Origin: Vicugna vicugna | Taxonomy: Eukaryota | Length of the DNA: 64,000 bases | Direction of reading: 5' to 3' | NCBI GenBank assembly: GCA_013265495.1 | Contig: MU058337.1 | Location: forward strand, 5,188,716 to 5,252,715 | Shown: in pieces, positions 52,989 to 64,000 of the stretch | How the letters are laid out: every line of letters begins with the position of its first letter | Numbering within the stretch: the stretch's first letter is position 1 | The notes under the pieces: generated by a model | Databases searched by the model: none | Told to the model about the DNA's origin: nothing | The model's input: only the letters and a program-made list of their open reading frames with translations | Made by a program: the position numbers and the translations under genes

Positions 52989-54289
52989 CATAGCATCTAA
53001 TCTGAGTTCCTCTCCGTCAGGGGTTTACCTCAACCTGCCCTGCCCCTCCAAGCACCATATTACCTTTCATGAGTCAGAGCATTAACCATCATTCCCATAT
53101 TCAAACTGCCTCACGGCTCCTACATGTTGTTTAATTGAGCACAAGCTTCACATTCAGGTTCAAAGCTCTCCACCATCTGCCCAACTGTAACTCTCAATAT
53201 ATCTTCTGCTACTTTCTCCGCAGCCCTGAGACCCAGCTAAAATCCCTCACTGTTCTCCAAACACATCCACATGCTCTTCTGCCTCTAAGCCAGTTCTTGA
53301 ATTTTTCTTCATTCACAATTCCAGGAGTCTACCTTTGGGATTAAAAACCTCCTTATACTTAAAAAAGATTTATGTAAAATTATATCTTTTTCTTGAGAAC
53401 TTTTAACCACAATATTAAATTCCTACCTTAATGGAACCCTCAAAGAACTCTGTAGAAATTATATTTTGCATTGCCTTATAGGTACATGGTATTTCTTTGA
53501 CCCCTCTACTCAAAGGGAAGTTGTCATATATTCCTCATCTTTTATGGCATTTTCAACAGCAAACAGTCCAGCAAATATACAGCACTTCACAGAATTTGCT
53601 AAACTGAATTCAATTAGCTCTTCCAAATTCCTAACGCTGAAACTCTTCTAAGGGATATATTTCAAAAGTGATTAGAAAGATTTTTAAAAAGCCAATATTT
53701 TATTTAATTATAATCACAGGTATTCTGGGGGTTACCTAGGGTGCCTGGAAGTACTAACTGGAAGTTTGTTTTTATGTAACCGAACATTGTCCTGTTCTCA
53801 AAGAAATATTTCACCAAAATAAGTTTACTCCTCATCAGATCATCACACCCTCAGGAATAATCACTGGGCCAGATCTTTATGTCACAGAAGCCGGAGGAAG
53901 ATGCACGTGCTGAGAGCAAGAGGAGACGGGGAGACCACCTGTGACAGTGTGAACGTCATCATCTCAACCAGCTCCAACTAAAATAAGTTTGTTTCTTATG
54001 ATTCACTGTAAGAGAATGCCAGTGGACTTAACTGTAAAAGGGCACGGTGTATCTACTACAGCTGCTCCGAGGCTGGGCCAAGATAGCTATCATTGCTCAA
54101 CCTTTTGAGCTTTGGATTAATAACAGGTCTGGAAAACTAACAAAACTAAACTGCTTTCACTGCATCCAATGCCCAACAAATACAAAGCCCGACTTTGTAC
54201 CCATCCATCTCTCTATCTTTCTATCCATCCATCTTCCCATCCTCACTCACCTTTTGTGCATTTCTGTAACAGTACATTATATCCATATC

Positions 54290-54471
54290 TGCATACTACT
54301 TACTTTGTGCAAAACACTCTTCTGAGTCTTTTACGTACGTTAAACCTCACTACCATCCTGTAATATTCCCATTTTACAGACGAAGAAATCAAGGCTCAGG
54401 AAGTTTAAGTAACTGCCCAAGTTCACACAGCCATTGAGAGGTGGGGCTGGGATTCAAATCCTGGAAAACTT
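54290..54471 (-). mobile_element. MIR SINE
   Basis: MIR core cccattttacagacgaagaaatcaaggctcaggaagtttaagtaactgcccaagttcacacagc...gggattcaaatcc. Confidence 0.85.
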
Positions 54472-56329
54472 CCCCCCGAGTCCTCTGTCTTACCCGCTCC
54501 ACAATACACTGCCAGAGAAGGATTCTGTTTTCTTCATGGAGATGGGGGAAGTCTCTGGAAGCTACTCTATTTCTGGAAAGCACCTACCGGGGTTTCTTGT
54601 AGAGGTGAAGGCCCAGGTGCACATAAAAACATAAAAGACAACCTGCTACATTTTTATCTTACTGGCTATAATACAGGAACTATTTCTTGAAAACAGAATT
54701 GAGTAGCCACAACTGAAGCACAGAACAAGAGGACAAGCTGACAAGACCACCACGTACCCCGTGTGTACGGCTGTCCTCCGGGCCTGGCAAATGTAGCGGT
54801 GCACTGGTGAGGGCAGATTCTGCACCAGGCCCTGGCCGGCGACAGTCAGAAAGATGAGAACACAGTTATTTCATCCAGCCTTAAATAAAGGCTTTCATTT
54901 ACCTTCTGCAGGAAGGCTCACACAAGCAAGCAAAACCATCTGCATTTTGTACCAGGGAGGAAGGAACGCGGTGACTGAGATGTCAGGAGGAGACAACAAA
55001 TCCCTTCCCATGAGAGTGAACGAGAGCGTATACACCGAGCATGTCCGCCGCAGAGCTTCACAGAAAGGAAACAGATCAGCTTCTTCAAAACGGGAGTTTC
55101 ATCTCATGGCAACCCAGACTAGCTCACTGGTTGAAGACCACATTTGACTTCTTTTCCAATGAAAGAACCATACAAAAGGCCCTGAAAAATGTGCTCAGTA
55201 TTCATGATATTGAAGAGGTCTTGCCAGAGGCAATAAAAGCCAGAGAAGTCAGGTAACGGCTGAATTTGGAATGAAATATTAGACAATATTTAGCTTTCAT
55301 TCCAAAGGGCTGCCCTTAATAATGCTGCAGCTTTGTGGAAATGGTGAAGTTAAAATAAATTGTGGCATTTATTTGTCTAAAGTGTCGAGCCGCAGCCTTC
55401 AAAGCTAAACAAACACGCAGAAGCACCTGTACACCTCCAGATTATTTATATGACTTTTTTTTTAACCACCAAACAGTCTGCATATTAAGTGTCTTCACCG
55501 CACTTCTGGACCCAGGTGCCAAGGAAAAAAAAACATTTTGCTATAAACTCATTCTTGATCTCTCCATTAGTGCTGGACTCTCATTCTCAGCCACACTGTG
55601 GGTAAAATAAGTTGTGATTTCTTTTTCCTACAAATTTGCCAAACCCTGGTGGGAATGCACTGTGTTGTCCTTTTACGGACAGAGTGCTTGTATCAGTCAC
55701 AATGACCTAATTGAGGTTCTTGGCCTTAAGTAAACGACACGGTTATGTGAACCTGGTAGAAGCTAGGGATGTTCTCTAAGAAAAAAAAAATAGCCTTGAC
55801 CCTTTCCAGTATCAGAACCTGAATCACTCCTTTGTGCAATGGAAATGAATTAATTTTCACTCCACCCTTACCAAATACCAAGTTCCACTGCAGCTGAAAA
55901 ATTCGAGTAGCTAAAACAATACAGAAGCCATCGCTTCCAAGTAACTATGGGCCTGCTTGTATTTTCCTTGTTAGCAGTTTTCTGATACGCACTTCTGTCC
56001 GTGAACGCCACCCGCGGTATGAGGGCAAATACCAGTTCAAAGACCCAGTCAGCTCCCCTGGAATTTAGGAAAATAACATTCCCGTGTTTCCTTGGTAAAA
56101 ATAAAATACAGGCTTACATTCTGCAAATATTATGATGAACATTCGTGACTGGGGTAGGAGAGCCCAGCAAAATAACTCGGTTGGTGAGGAAGTTGGGAGA
56201 TTTGGTCTGTAACAAGGAACTAAAAGTGAGGCTGAGTGAGATCTATAAGTAAGTGAGCGAATGTTACAAATATTATTTTCACCGAAGTTTGGACCCCAGG
56301 GCGGAGGAAAGGGTTATAATAGACGGTTC

Positions 56330-56900
56330 GAGAGCTGACTGGCAGAAGGCGGCCTCCTCAGGCGGCAGTCACTTCCCCGCGGGCTGTCGGAGGGGCGGTC
56401 CCCGCCCGTCTCTCCGGGCGCGGGGGCACAAGGCGCGGGCGCGCCGGGCCCCGCCGAGGGGACAGCGCCACCCCCTTACCTGCACAGGTGCTCCCGTCGT
56501 AGGTCTCGCACACCCACTCGTGGCACTCGCACAGGGGCCCGAGGTACACGCCGGGCTCGCTCACGTGACAGATGCAGACCCCGCAGTCGCACCGGCCGCG
56601 GCCGTGGCACAGAGCGCCCCCTGGGGGCTGCCCGGGCGCCCGGCACCGGCGCTCCGACTCCGCCCGGGTCAGCCTGCACGCGGCGCCCGGCCCGCTTCTG
56701 CAAGGGAGACAAACCACAGCGGGGTCACGGTCAAGCCCAGACGCTGCCCCTTCTGCTCGGAGCCCACGTTGCCTCCCAGTGTCCACCCCGAACGGAGACG
56801 TACAGCCCCATGGGGAGGAATCCCGAGCCCTCCTCCCGATTTTCCTGGGGGCCACGCTGATGCCACCCACCGGCCATCACCTAAGGAAAGACCACGACCC
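56330..56900. promoter_or_regulatory. CpG island over exon 2
   Basis: Very high GC and CpG density (e.g. ggcgcgggcgcgccgggccccgccg) against an AT-rich background. Confidence 0.8.
56480..56697 (-). CDS. ITGBL1: ITGBL1 coding exon 2 (first integrin-type cysteine-rich I-EGF repeat)
   Basis: Acceptor gtctcccttgcag|A and donor GCAG|gtaagg. 218 nt, joins exon 1 in frame (AG+A = Arg). Encodes [73 protein letters not shown], with the integrin-beta CxGxGxCxCGxCxC...GxxCEC pattern. Confidence 0.97.
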
Positions 56901-57602
56901 AAAATGCCAAAGTGGTGACCTGCCCACCTAGGAACAGGACCGTCTTCCAGGTAGACTAGGTGATCCAGCCCTGCCTCTGGGCAGTTTGCCACTGAATCTC
57001 ACATGCACACTTAGATTAAATACAAATTAATCCAAACCATGACCCTTGGCTGACATTTCAGTTCTCTTTAGTAAGTCCCATTGCTATCTAGTGGCCAAGG
57101 ATAATTATTTTATGAAAAAGAAGAGCTGAATATGTAGAAAGAGCTATACGTGTTCTGATAGCATAGAGCATTATGCTTTTTCAGGCTGCAATAAGCGATA
57201 CTTAGGAACTATACTTTTAAAACGTAAAAGTTTAGTTATTGTGATATGCCCCAAATTCTCTTTCAAAATGTAAGGCAGACCCCATGAAATAATTCTGCCT
57301 TATAGGCAGTGAGAAAGTACAGGAACACAGAAGATGACAAAAGTTCCTCCTCATAGGTATTGGGATAGGAGGAAATTATATATTTATTCAGTGACTGTAT
57401 TTTTCCGAAGGAAAAGCAAAGGGACAGAGGTAAAGCATCATACAGTGTGGCTATAAGGAAAGGAATAGGAACAGGTTGAAAACAGTTTATCCCGTGTCCA
57501 ACTTCCTAACTGCTCTTGGCTTCAGGCAGCCATCCTGAAGCCTGAGTCCGGCCACACAAGACTGGGTAGGTCTGTCTTTAAAGAAAAACAAACCAGACTT
57601 AC
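56698..57602 (-). other. ITGBL1: ITGBL1 intron 1 (905 nt, GT-AG)
   Basis: Bounded by the exon 1 donor GTAAGT and the exon 2 acceptor TTGCAG. Confidence 0.93.
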
Positions 57603-57700
57603 CTCAGAGATGGCGAGAAGCTTTGAGGAACAGCTGACAGCCCTGCGAGGAGAAGGGAGGACGCCAGCAGCAAGAAGTTCCTGAAGCCTGCGGGACGCAT
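57603..57700 (-). CDS. ITGBL1: ITGBL1 coding exon 1 (signal peptide; [33 protein letters not shown])
   Basis: ATG at 57700-57698. Hydrophobic signal-peptide-like N-terminus matches the mammalian ITGBL1 N-terminus as recalled (human [33 protein letters not shown]). Ends at canonical donor AG|GTAAGT (57602-57597); 98 nt, phase 2. Confidence 0.96.
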
Positions 57701-58200
57701 GCTGAGCTTCCCGGGCTGCGGAGGCGAGCAGCGCTTCTGCAAGGTGGGGCTCGCGGGGGGAGGGCAAGCTGCGGGGGGGAGAGGTGCCACCGGCAGATGG
57801 CCGGGCAGACGGACCCACAGACACCCCGGCGTGCAGGTCCCGGGCTCTACCCTGAGCTGCACGTCCGTGGATGAGCCGCCTGCGAGGATTTGGGCAGCGG
57901 CACCGCTCTGGGCGGGGTGCTGGTACCAAACCCCTCAAGTGGAGCGTCTAGGCAGGGAAGTAATTAGAAACAGTTGTACAAGCAGATGGTTTATTTTGAC
58001 ATAAAAAAAAAAAAGTCCTGTTCACAGATTTGAGAAAATCGCTTCTTTCTTTAAGTACAGGCCCCAGAAATCTTTGACAAGAGGATATTTGGGCTGGCTG
58101 ACGTTAAAGGGACAGATAAAATAATCCCCGAGGTGGGAAGAGGGACAGGGGCGGCTGGTGATGTCAGCGGGAACGCTTGGAGAGAGAATTACTTTCACCG
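57701..58200 (-). promoter_or_regulatory. ITGBL1: ITGBL1 5'UTR and CpG-rich proximal promoter
   Basis: CpG/GC-rich ~57640-57950; GC box GGGCGGGG at 57910-57917; no upstream ATG between 57701 and ~57940. TSS cannot be placed exactly. Confidence 0.7.
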
Positions 58201-58552
58201 CATGCTTTTCAGGGCTTGCTCTTTTACTTTTTGGGGGTATGAGTTGTGAGGGGCAAACAAAATTGACTATTTTCTTGTAGTTTTGACCCCTTGTTTTCAA
58301 TTATGGGTCTCTCATTTCTGAAACCTTTAAACAGAGTGTCATGCTTCTAGTCATCCGGGCCAGTAGTTTATCACACCACATTTTTCTTGGCTTGGACAGT
58401 TCAAACCATAGTTGTCCCAAATTAACCCTATTCTCCTCCAGGGATCAAGCATGAGAAAACAAAATGTGTGATTACAGTGTCAGTGGCACTGAAAAACCAT
58501 CATGTGCCAGTCACTTAGTATGTTTTATCTCCGATTGTGACGCTAACCACAC

Positions 58553-58830
58553 ATTCATTTAGTCATTTAGCAAATACAGGTTCAGCATCTATTGGATGCC
58601 AGGCTGTGTGCCAGATAGAGAAGATATAGCAGGGGATTAGGGAGACATGATCTCTGCTCTTGGAATCCACTGGGCTGGTAGATATTCATCAAAACAAAAC
58701 CACAAACACAAAAGGAGGAAAGATTGCAAGTTACTTCTACAATAGTTCGGAGGCACCTGATCTAATCAATGTGGTGCTTGAGCCAAAGGCTGAAAGAGGA
58801 GTAGAAATGAGTCGGGGTGGAGAGGAAGGG
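58553..58830 (-). mobile_element. LINE-2 3' end, followed by a MIR fragment (~58850-58960)
   Basis: cattcatttagtcatttagcaaatac...tgccaggctgtgtgcca; MIR-like atcccattataaagattaagaaactgaggg. Confidence 0.55.
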
Positions 58831-59606
58831 TTGGAAGAGAGTGGGGTAGCATTCTTAATCCCATTATAAAGATTAAGAAACTGAGGGCAAAAAATGACCT
58901 CTTGCTCGAAAGTGACTGACGTGCTCACATTCACAGGGGAAGTTAGAGTTCAGCTAGAAGCTGGGAGCCCTCCAAGCCCACACACAGCCCCCTGCGCTGT
59001 GTAGTCAGCTGGGAAGGGGCTGTGGGGGGCTTTACGGAAGGGAAGCAAGATTATTCCTTTGCTCTGAGAAGAGCTTTAGGTGCAAAAGATCCTCGTGAAT
59101 TAGAACCATCCAAGCTGTGGCTCGGGCCTTGAAATCAGAGATAAGTTCTAACAGGATGGGCTCTCTCTCCCTGTTACTTACCTGAACAGATCTAAGATCG
59201 CCCCCAACATCTACCTGCTGGGACAAGAAGGCAAATGGAGGGCCCCTGGACAGAGCTCACCTCTCTTCTCTTGCTTGCCCAGACTCCATCTGTACCAGAA
59301 GGGGCTCTGCCTGGGACACCTCCCAGCCCAGGCAGCTAAGCCCCCTTCACAGGCTGAGGCTTTGTTAACCCTTCGGCCCAGGCGTGTGCTGGCTGGTGGT
59401 GGGCTCTGCACTGGGAGAAGAGACTGGGGAGAGGTGTACACAGGCCAGAGAGTGGTCCGGGCAGGGATTCTGGAGTCCTGCGTATGCAGAATGTGGTTCA
59501 GAAGGAGCAGTGAAGGCTCTGGGTTGGCAGGTGCCCTCGCCACATGAACTGCTCATCCTGTGGGGGAGGGGTGTGCCTGGAGGAGAGACACAGGGGGTCC
59601 CTAAAC

Positions 59607-59770
59607 CAGTCAGTTCCCACGTGTGATATGTGAGCCAGAAGCATCAGTGGCACCTGGGAACTCATTAGAAATGCAAGTTCTCAGACCCCACCCCCAGACA
59701 TACAGAATCACCAGCTACATTTTAATAATATTACTGAAAACTGTATTTGGACATCATATTTGGGAAGTTT
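59607..59770. mobile_element. hAT-Charlie MER5A-like element
   Basis: gcatcagtggcacctgggaactcattagaaatgcaagttctcagaccccacccccagacatacagaatca. Confidence 0.7.
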
Positions 59771-61229
59771 TACAAAGCACAGGACCCAAGGCTCACTCCT
59801 AGTTCAAATTCTGCCAACATACTGCTTCCCGGCCACGTGTAACTCTGTGAGGACGTAGGAACAGGCTCTCTTGCCAACATCTAAAAACCTTGGTGACTCA
59901 GAGAATATGGGAATCGTACAAGAAAAGCATCAATTCCAAAGCCTCACTAGGAATTTGCAATGAAAACATGGAACTTTTAATAAATGAGTCATGTATTACT
60001 TTTTGCATATTTTCTGAGGGGAAAAAAGCCATGGAATAGGGAACTGATGTTTGAACATTTCTTGCATGAATTAAAACATTTCTTTTAATTGGTGGTATTT
60101 TCATACCGATTAAAAGGAACGTTATCCTTAGGAGCGTGCAGCTGTGGAGCAAAGATAGTCTGTCCTAGGCGACTGAAAGCATTTAAACATTCAGATCATT
60201 ATATCACTGTGACTCAGAAATAAGATTCTCAGTAAGATGAACTAGTTATATTGTGGCTGACCTGGTGACTCAGTAGAATGTCTCGGATCCACACAAACTC
60301 TGTCAAAATAAAAGAAAATAACAACATTTTCTCTTTTTAGCAAACTTTGATTTTTTTTTTCCTCTGCCAAAGTACTAAATGCCTTGGAATGACCTACTTT
60401 CTTCCCTCTCCCCAACGGCAGGAAACTCAAGGACACATGTCTCTTGAAGACAAACGTAGGAAGGACCCAATTGCTATGTGAAAGGCCCTGAGTTCCTCAC
60501 CTACCCTGAAGACCCCGTGACAGCTCTGGGGGCAAGTCAGGGGGGTCTCCTTAGTATCTGGAATCAAACTCAAGGGAATTGAAACATCTGAGTCCTTGAA
60601 CCTAGTCCTGAATCCTCAAGTCACAAAATCATAGATTCTGAGATTCAAGGGATATTTTCAAGTTCATCTAGTCCAAAATTAAATTTATTGACAATGTACA
60701 ACACATCTGCCAAATGATTAGGAACTGAGTCTACCCAGTAAGAAAATAAAAACTATGGGAACACATTCCTACCTGAAGGCAGCTCTAAAATTTTACCCCT
60801 TGGTTCCAGATCTACTCTAAAAGGTCTTTCAAAATAATGTCCTGGCCATGAGTTGCTTAAAATATTTTAAGATATATAATGAGTATGATCCACAGTCCCA
60901 CCACCTGTCCACATAACCCCCAAATAATTCTACCCTTGTCAAGATAAACATCCTCATTTCCATCACCTCTTCCCTGTGTATTACAGCTTTGAGCCCCCAA
61001 TAGCCTGGTTTCCTGAGTGGCTTTGCTTTGTCTGGTGTGGATGCTTCTGTAAATTATGGCAGGCACCACTGAGACCTTAAGGCAGATGTGGATGACTGGG
61101 TGTGGAATTGTTGCTTTAGAAGCTAGCCCTGTGCAGGAGGGCAGGGAGAGACCAAAGAAAGACGCAGAGCACTCCAGATTGGTAGGTGGCAGGCGTACTA
61201 AGCAAGGGAACATATATACGAGGCTGGTC

Positions 61230-61612
61230 TTCAGTGATGCAAAATGAGTATATCTCTGCCCCCGCCCAGCAGAATCTTAAAAGTTTGTACAGAGGCCTTA
61301 ATGGAGCTCTGGAACATACATGGTCCAGAGGGTCTCAATGACACATTGTTCTCTCAAGGCTGCGCCCTTGAAAACAGTTCTGACTGCGGGAACCCCGGAC
61401 ACAAGATACATTCCAAGGACACGGGAGGAGCCTCTGATTGTCCGGGACCAGCTCATGGGTCGATAGGTGGTCAAGTCCTCTCCATGACCTCTTCCGACAG
61501 AAACAGATAGGTGTTTTCTACATTCTTATTTCATATACTGTATTTCTGCTAATAAACTGAAAATCACATTGACTTTTTGACTGTCTCATTACTCCAGTCT
61601 TATGCTTTTACA
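61230..61612 (+). mobile_element. Possible old LTR 3' part
   Basis: LTR-like composition with AATAAA near 61551 and a ...ttttaca terminus; family not recognised. Confidence 0.3.
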
Positions 61613-64000
61613 AGTGCCCCAAGTAGAAGTTGATATTTATCTTTGTTAAATTTTGTTTAGCCTCAGTTCTTTTATCCAGAAAGTCAAAATCATTATAGAT
61701 ACTGGTTCATATTTCTCTCACCTTTTCTAAAGTATATACGATGTGCCTTTCTGTATCTTTATCCAAATAATTGATATAGTAGTGGGAAAAAATTAGACTG
61801 AGGGCCAATCTTAGTTGAGACCTTCCTTCAAGACAAAAGCACGTGTTGAATAAGAAACCCAACCATTTACCTGTGTACTGAGTTCTATGGAATCAAACTG
61901 TATCTTCATTTTGTTCACAAGAATGTTATGAAAGATCCCACCATTTTGCTTTATTAATGTTAGTCTACCAGGTAAAACTTGCGCTTTTATGTCTTTTTTT
62001 TCCAGCGCCTAAAACAGTGCCCAGTACATATTATATACTCCATACACATTTCTCTTATGAATAAATTAATTGGAAATGATGTACAATATGAATAATAGAT
62101 CTAGGAGTCAACAAAGGATACAAGTGGTATAGTGGATTTTGGATCAGCTTTCAGATGACATTTGCAAATTTCGTCAACAGATATTTGCTTAGAGAATGAT
62201 TAAGTGAATGAATGAATGAATGACTTTTAAAAGTTTAATACACCTTGATTAGATTCAGCAGTTTGAACTAAAGGAGAGTATTTCAGGTTTAATGGGAGGA
62301 AAGAGTTAACACCAATGTTAGGAGATAAATTTAGGCTACTAAAATATTAAAATTCAGCAAGAAAATTGTATTTGTCATGAAAAAAAAATCAAGAAAGCTA
62401 ATGTAGAGTCAGATAACCAACAGCTCTTCCCAAACTCCCCATTTATATGTGTCACACTAATTGTTCAATCACTTACAGTCAAGTTTGCAGTTAAAAAAAA
62501 ATCTCAATTTCACTCAAAATCCACTTGGATAATATTTTCAGCTAAAAGGAGGTGCCCAGGTTTTCAAACAGTAAAAGGTATACACCGAAGCTTTCAGGAA
62601 GGCTAAATATTCCCGGGCAGCAATAAAAATAAGCTTAAATTTCCAAGAAAAAGGACTTTTCAACTGGGCCAAGGCTGTGGAATAAAAAGGTGTTTACTTA
62701 ACATCTTTTCCAGACATCAGTGCAGAGCCGGAGGCATTTTTTTTTTTCCTCCCACGTAGTAAAAACACCTGGAAATATTAGGCGCTTCTGGGATAAGAAC
62801 TAATCTCTCAGTCTTCTGAGTAGTTTTGCAGTTCCCGTTGATGCTGAAGGGAAATTTTAGGAGGGAAAAAAATGGAGAGATTGTTTTCATTAGCTTCAGG
62901 GCAAAAAGATTTATCACTTCAATATTATTTTATCCCGACTAATAGACTCAATTCTCAAAGTCGTGCTCAGCAGTTAGTCAATTAATAACAACTGGGGGAT
63001 ACGATCAGGAGCGGACAAGTGCAGAGAACACTGAGCTATTTGTTCAGAGAAGGGTCTCTGATGCTGGCTCCGCCGTCCGCTGGCTGCCTCATCTTGGCCA
63101 GGTTCCTTAACCTGCTGAATTTCAGCTTCCAAAATGACATGGTCGAAGGGAATGTTGGTTTTCTCCCATTCTAAATTTCTGTGATTCTATTTTCTTTGTA
63201 TATTTGTCCAGAGTCTTCCAGGCATAAAGGAGGGATAGGAATATATAGACGCAAGCAAATGTAAAGATACATATTCACTTACATATGCACATATATTAGA
63301 GACGGAAATGATGGAAACTAGTGTTAGTTTTCTGGTAATGGGCATTTAGATAGAGTTAGTTTATGCAGTGTAAGTTTCCAAAGGTTAAAAATATGTTTCA
63401 TTCATGCATATATTTTATTTGCACTGGTGCCTTTCCCACTCGGCTGGCTGGTCAATAAAGCTGCTCAGTGGCTTCACCCTCAGCTTCCTCCTCATCACAG
63501 CACTGCTCAGGGTTTGTGTGCAGTGTATACAGCACACTACCCCATTTTACAATTTTTATTTACACTACCATTTCCATTATTTTCAGTATTATTCCAACAT
63601 GAGTGGAATCCATTCTACATAAATCAGAAAAAAAAAAAAACCCAGCAGACTAAAGAGAGATTATCTAAGTGAAGAGAGATGCTTGGAAGGTTGGATGCTG
63701 GCACTAATCAGGGACCCTGAGTGTGTCGTCTGAAACACTGACAAGTGTTATGGTTAATCGCAGTGTATAAACGCCCATATCAGAGAGGAACTTTTTCCCA
63801 CAATAGTACACAACTTTTAAACTGAAATTATAAGTATAAAAAAACAGTATGTGGACTTTGATGTACTATGTGGACTAGGTAGCTTGTAAACATTTTCTTA
63901 CTGTGATGGAAGTTGCCAGCAAAACCTTTTATTTTCATGAATGAATGAAGAAATTCAGTCTTCTAGCAATCTCATCTGACAGAAGCCTGGTAATCAATCT

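Larger units (their letters stand above)
1..56479 (-). other. ITGBL1: ITGBL1 intron 2 (partial; continues beyond window start)
   Basis: Donor GTAAGG at 56479. No further Cys-rich I-EGF exon seen in the ORF track or by eye. Repeat-rich, consistent with a large intron. Confidence 0.85.

Noticed and set aside
56253..56992. Overlapping 221, 119, 107 and 78-aa ORFs around exon 2
   Set aside because: Expected from stop-codon scarcity in a CpG island; low-complexity Pro/Arg/Ala content. Only the I-EGF frame has splice sites and a recognisable protein.
58200..64000. Exons of a divergent neighbour gene (NALCN lies head-to-head with ITGBL1 in human, as recalled)
   Set aside because: No coding exon or second CpG island recognisable here; the neighbour is probably outside the window.

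Overview
Mammalian genomic DNA, most likely camelid: a tRNA-derived SINE matches the camelid Vic-1 type as I recall it, and there are young LINE-1 copies. The window holds the 5' end of ITGBL1 (integrin subunit beta-like 1) on the minus strand: promoter and 5'UTR (~57.7-58.0 kb), coding exon 1 (57700-57603, 98 nt) and exon 2 (56697-56480, 218 nt). Bases 1-56479 are part of the very large intron 2, and I found no further ITGBL1 exon. The rest is repeats (L1, L2, MIR, MaLR/ERVL LTRs, MER5 and MER2-type DNA transposons, microsatellites). Nearly all ORF-track entries are spurious; the exceptions are L1 ORF2 fragments and the ITGBL1 exons. I see no evidence of a new multi-gene system. The best leads are: (1) a young 1.76-kb L1 with an unbroken ORF2 C-terminus, two in-frame deletions, a perfect TSD and a ~150-bp tandem duplication across its junction; (2) a near-identical inverted L1 partner 5.6 kb away; (3) a probable short 3' transduction; (4) dense AP-1 and RUNX motif clusters upstream of ITGBL1; (5) a strongly GC-shifted exon 2. 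Repeat family names and orthologue comparisons are from memory and need RepeatMasker/BLAST confirmation.
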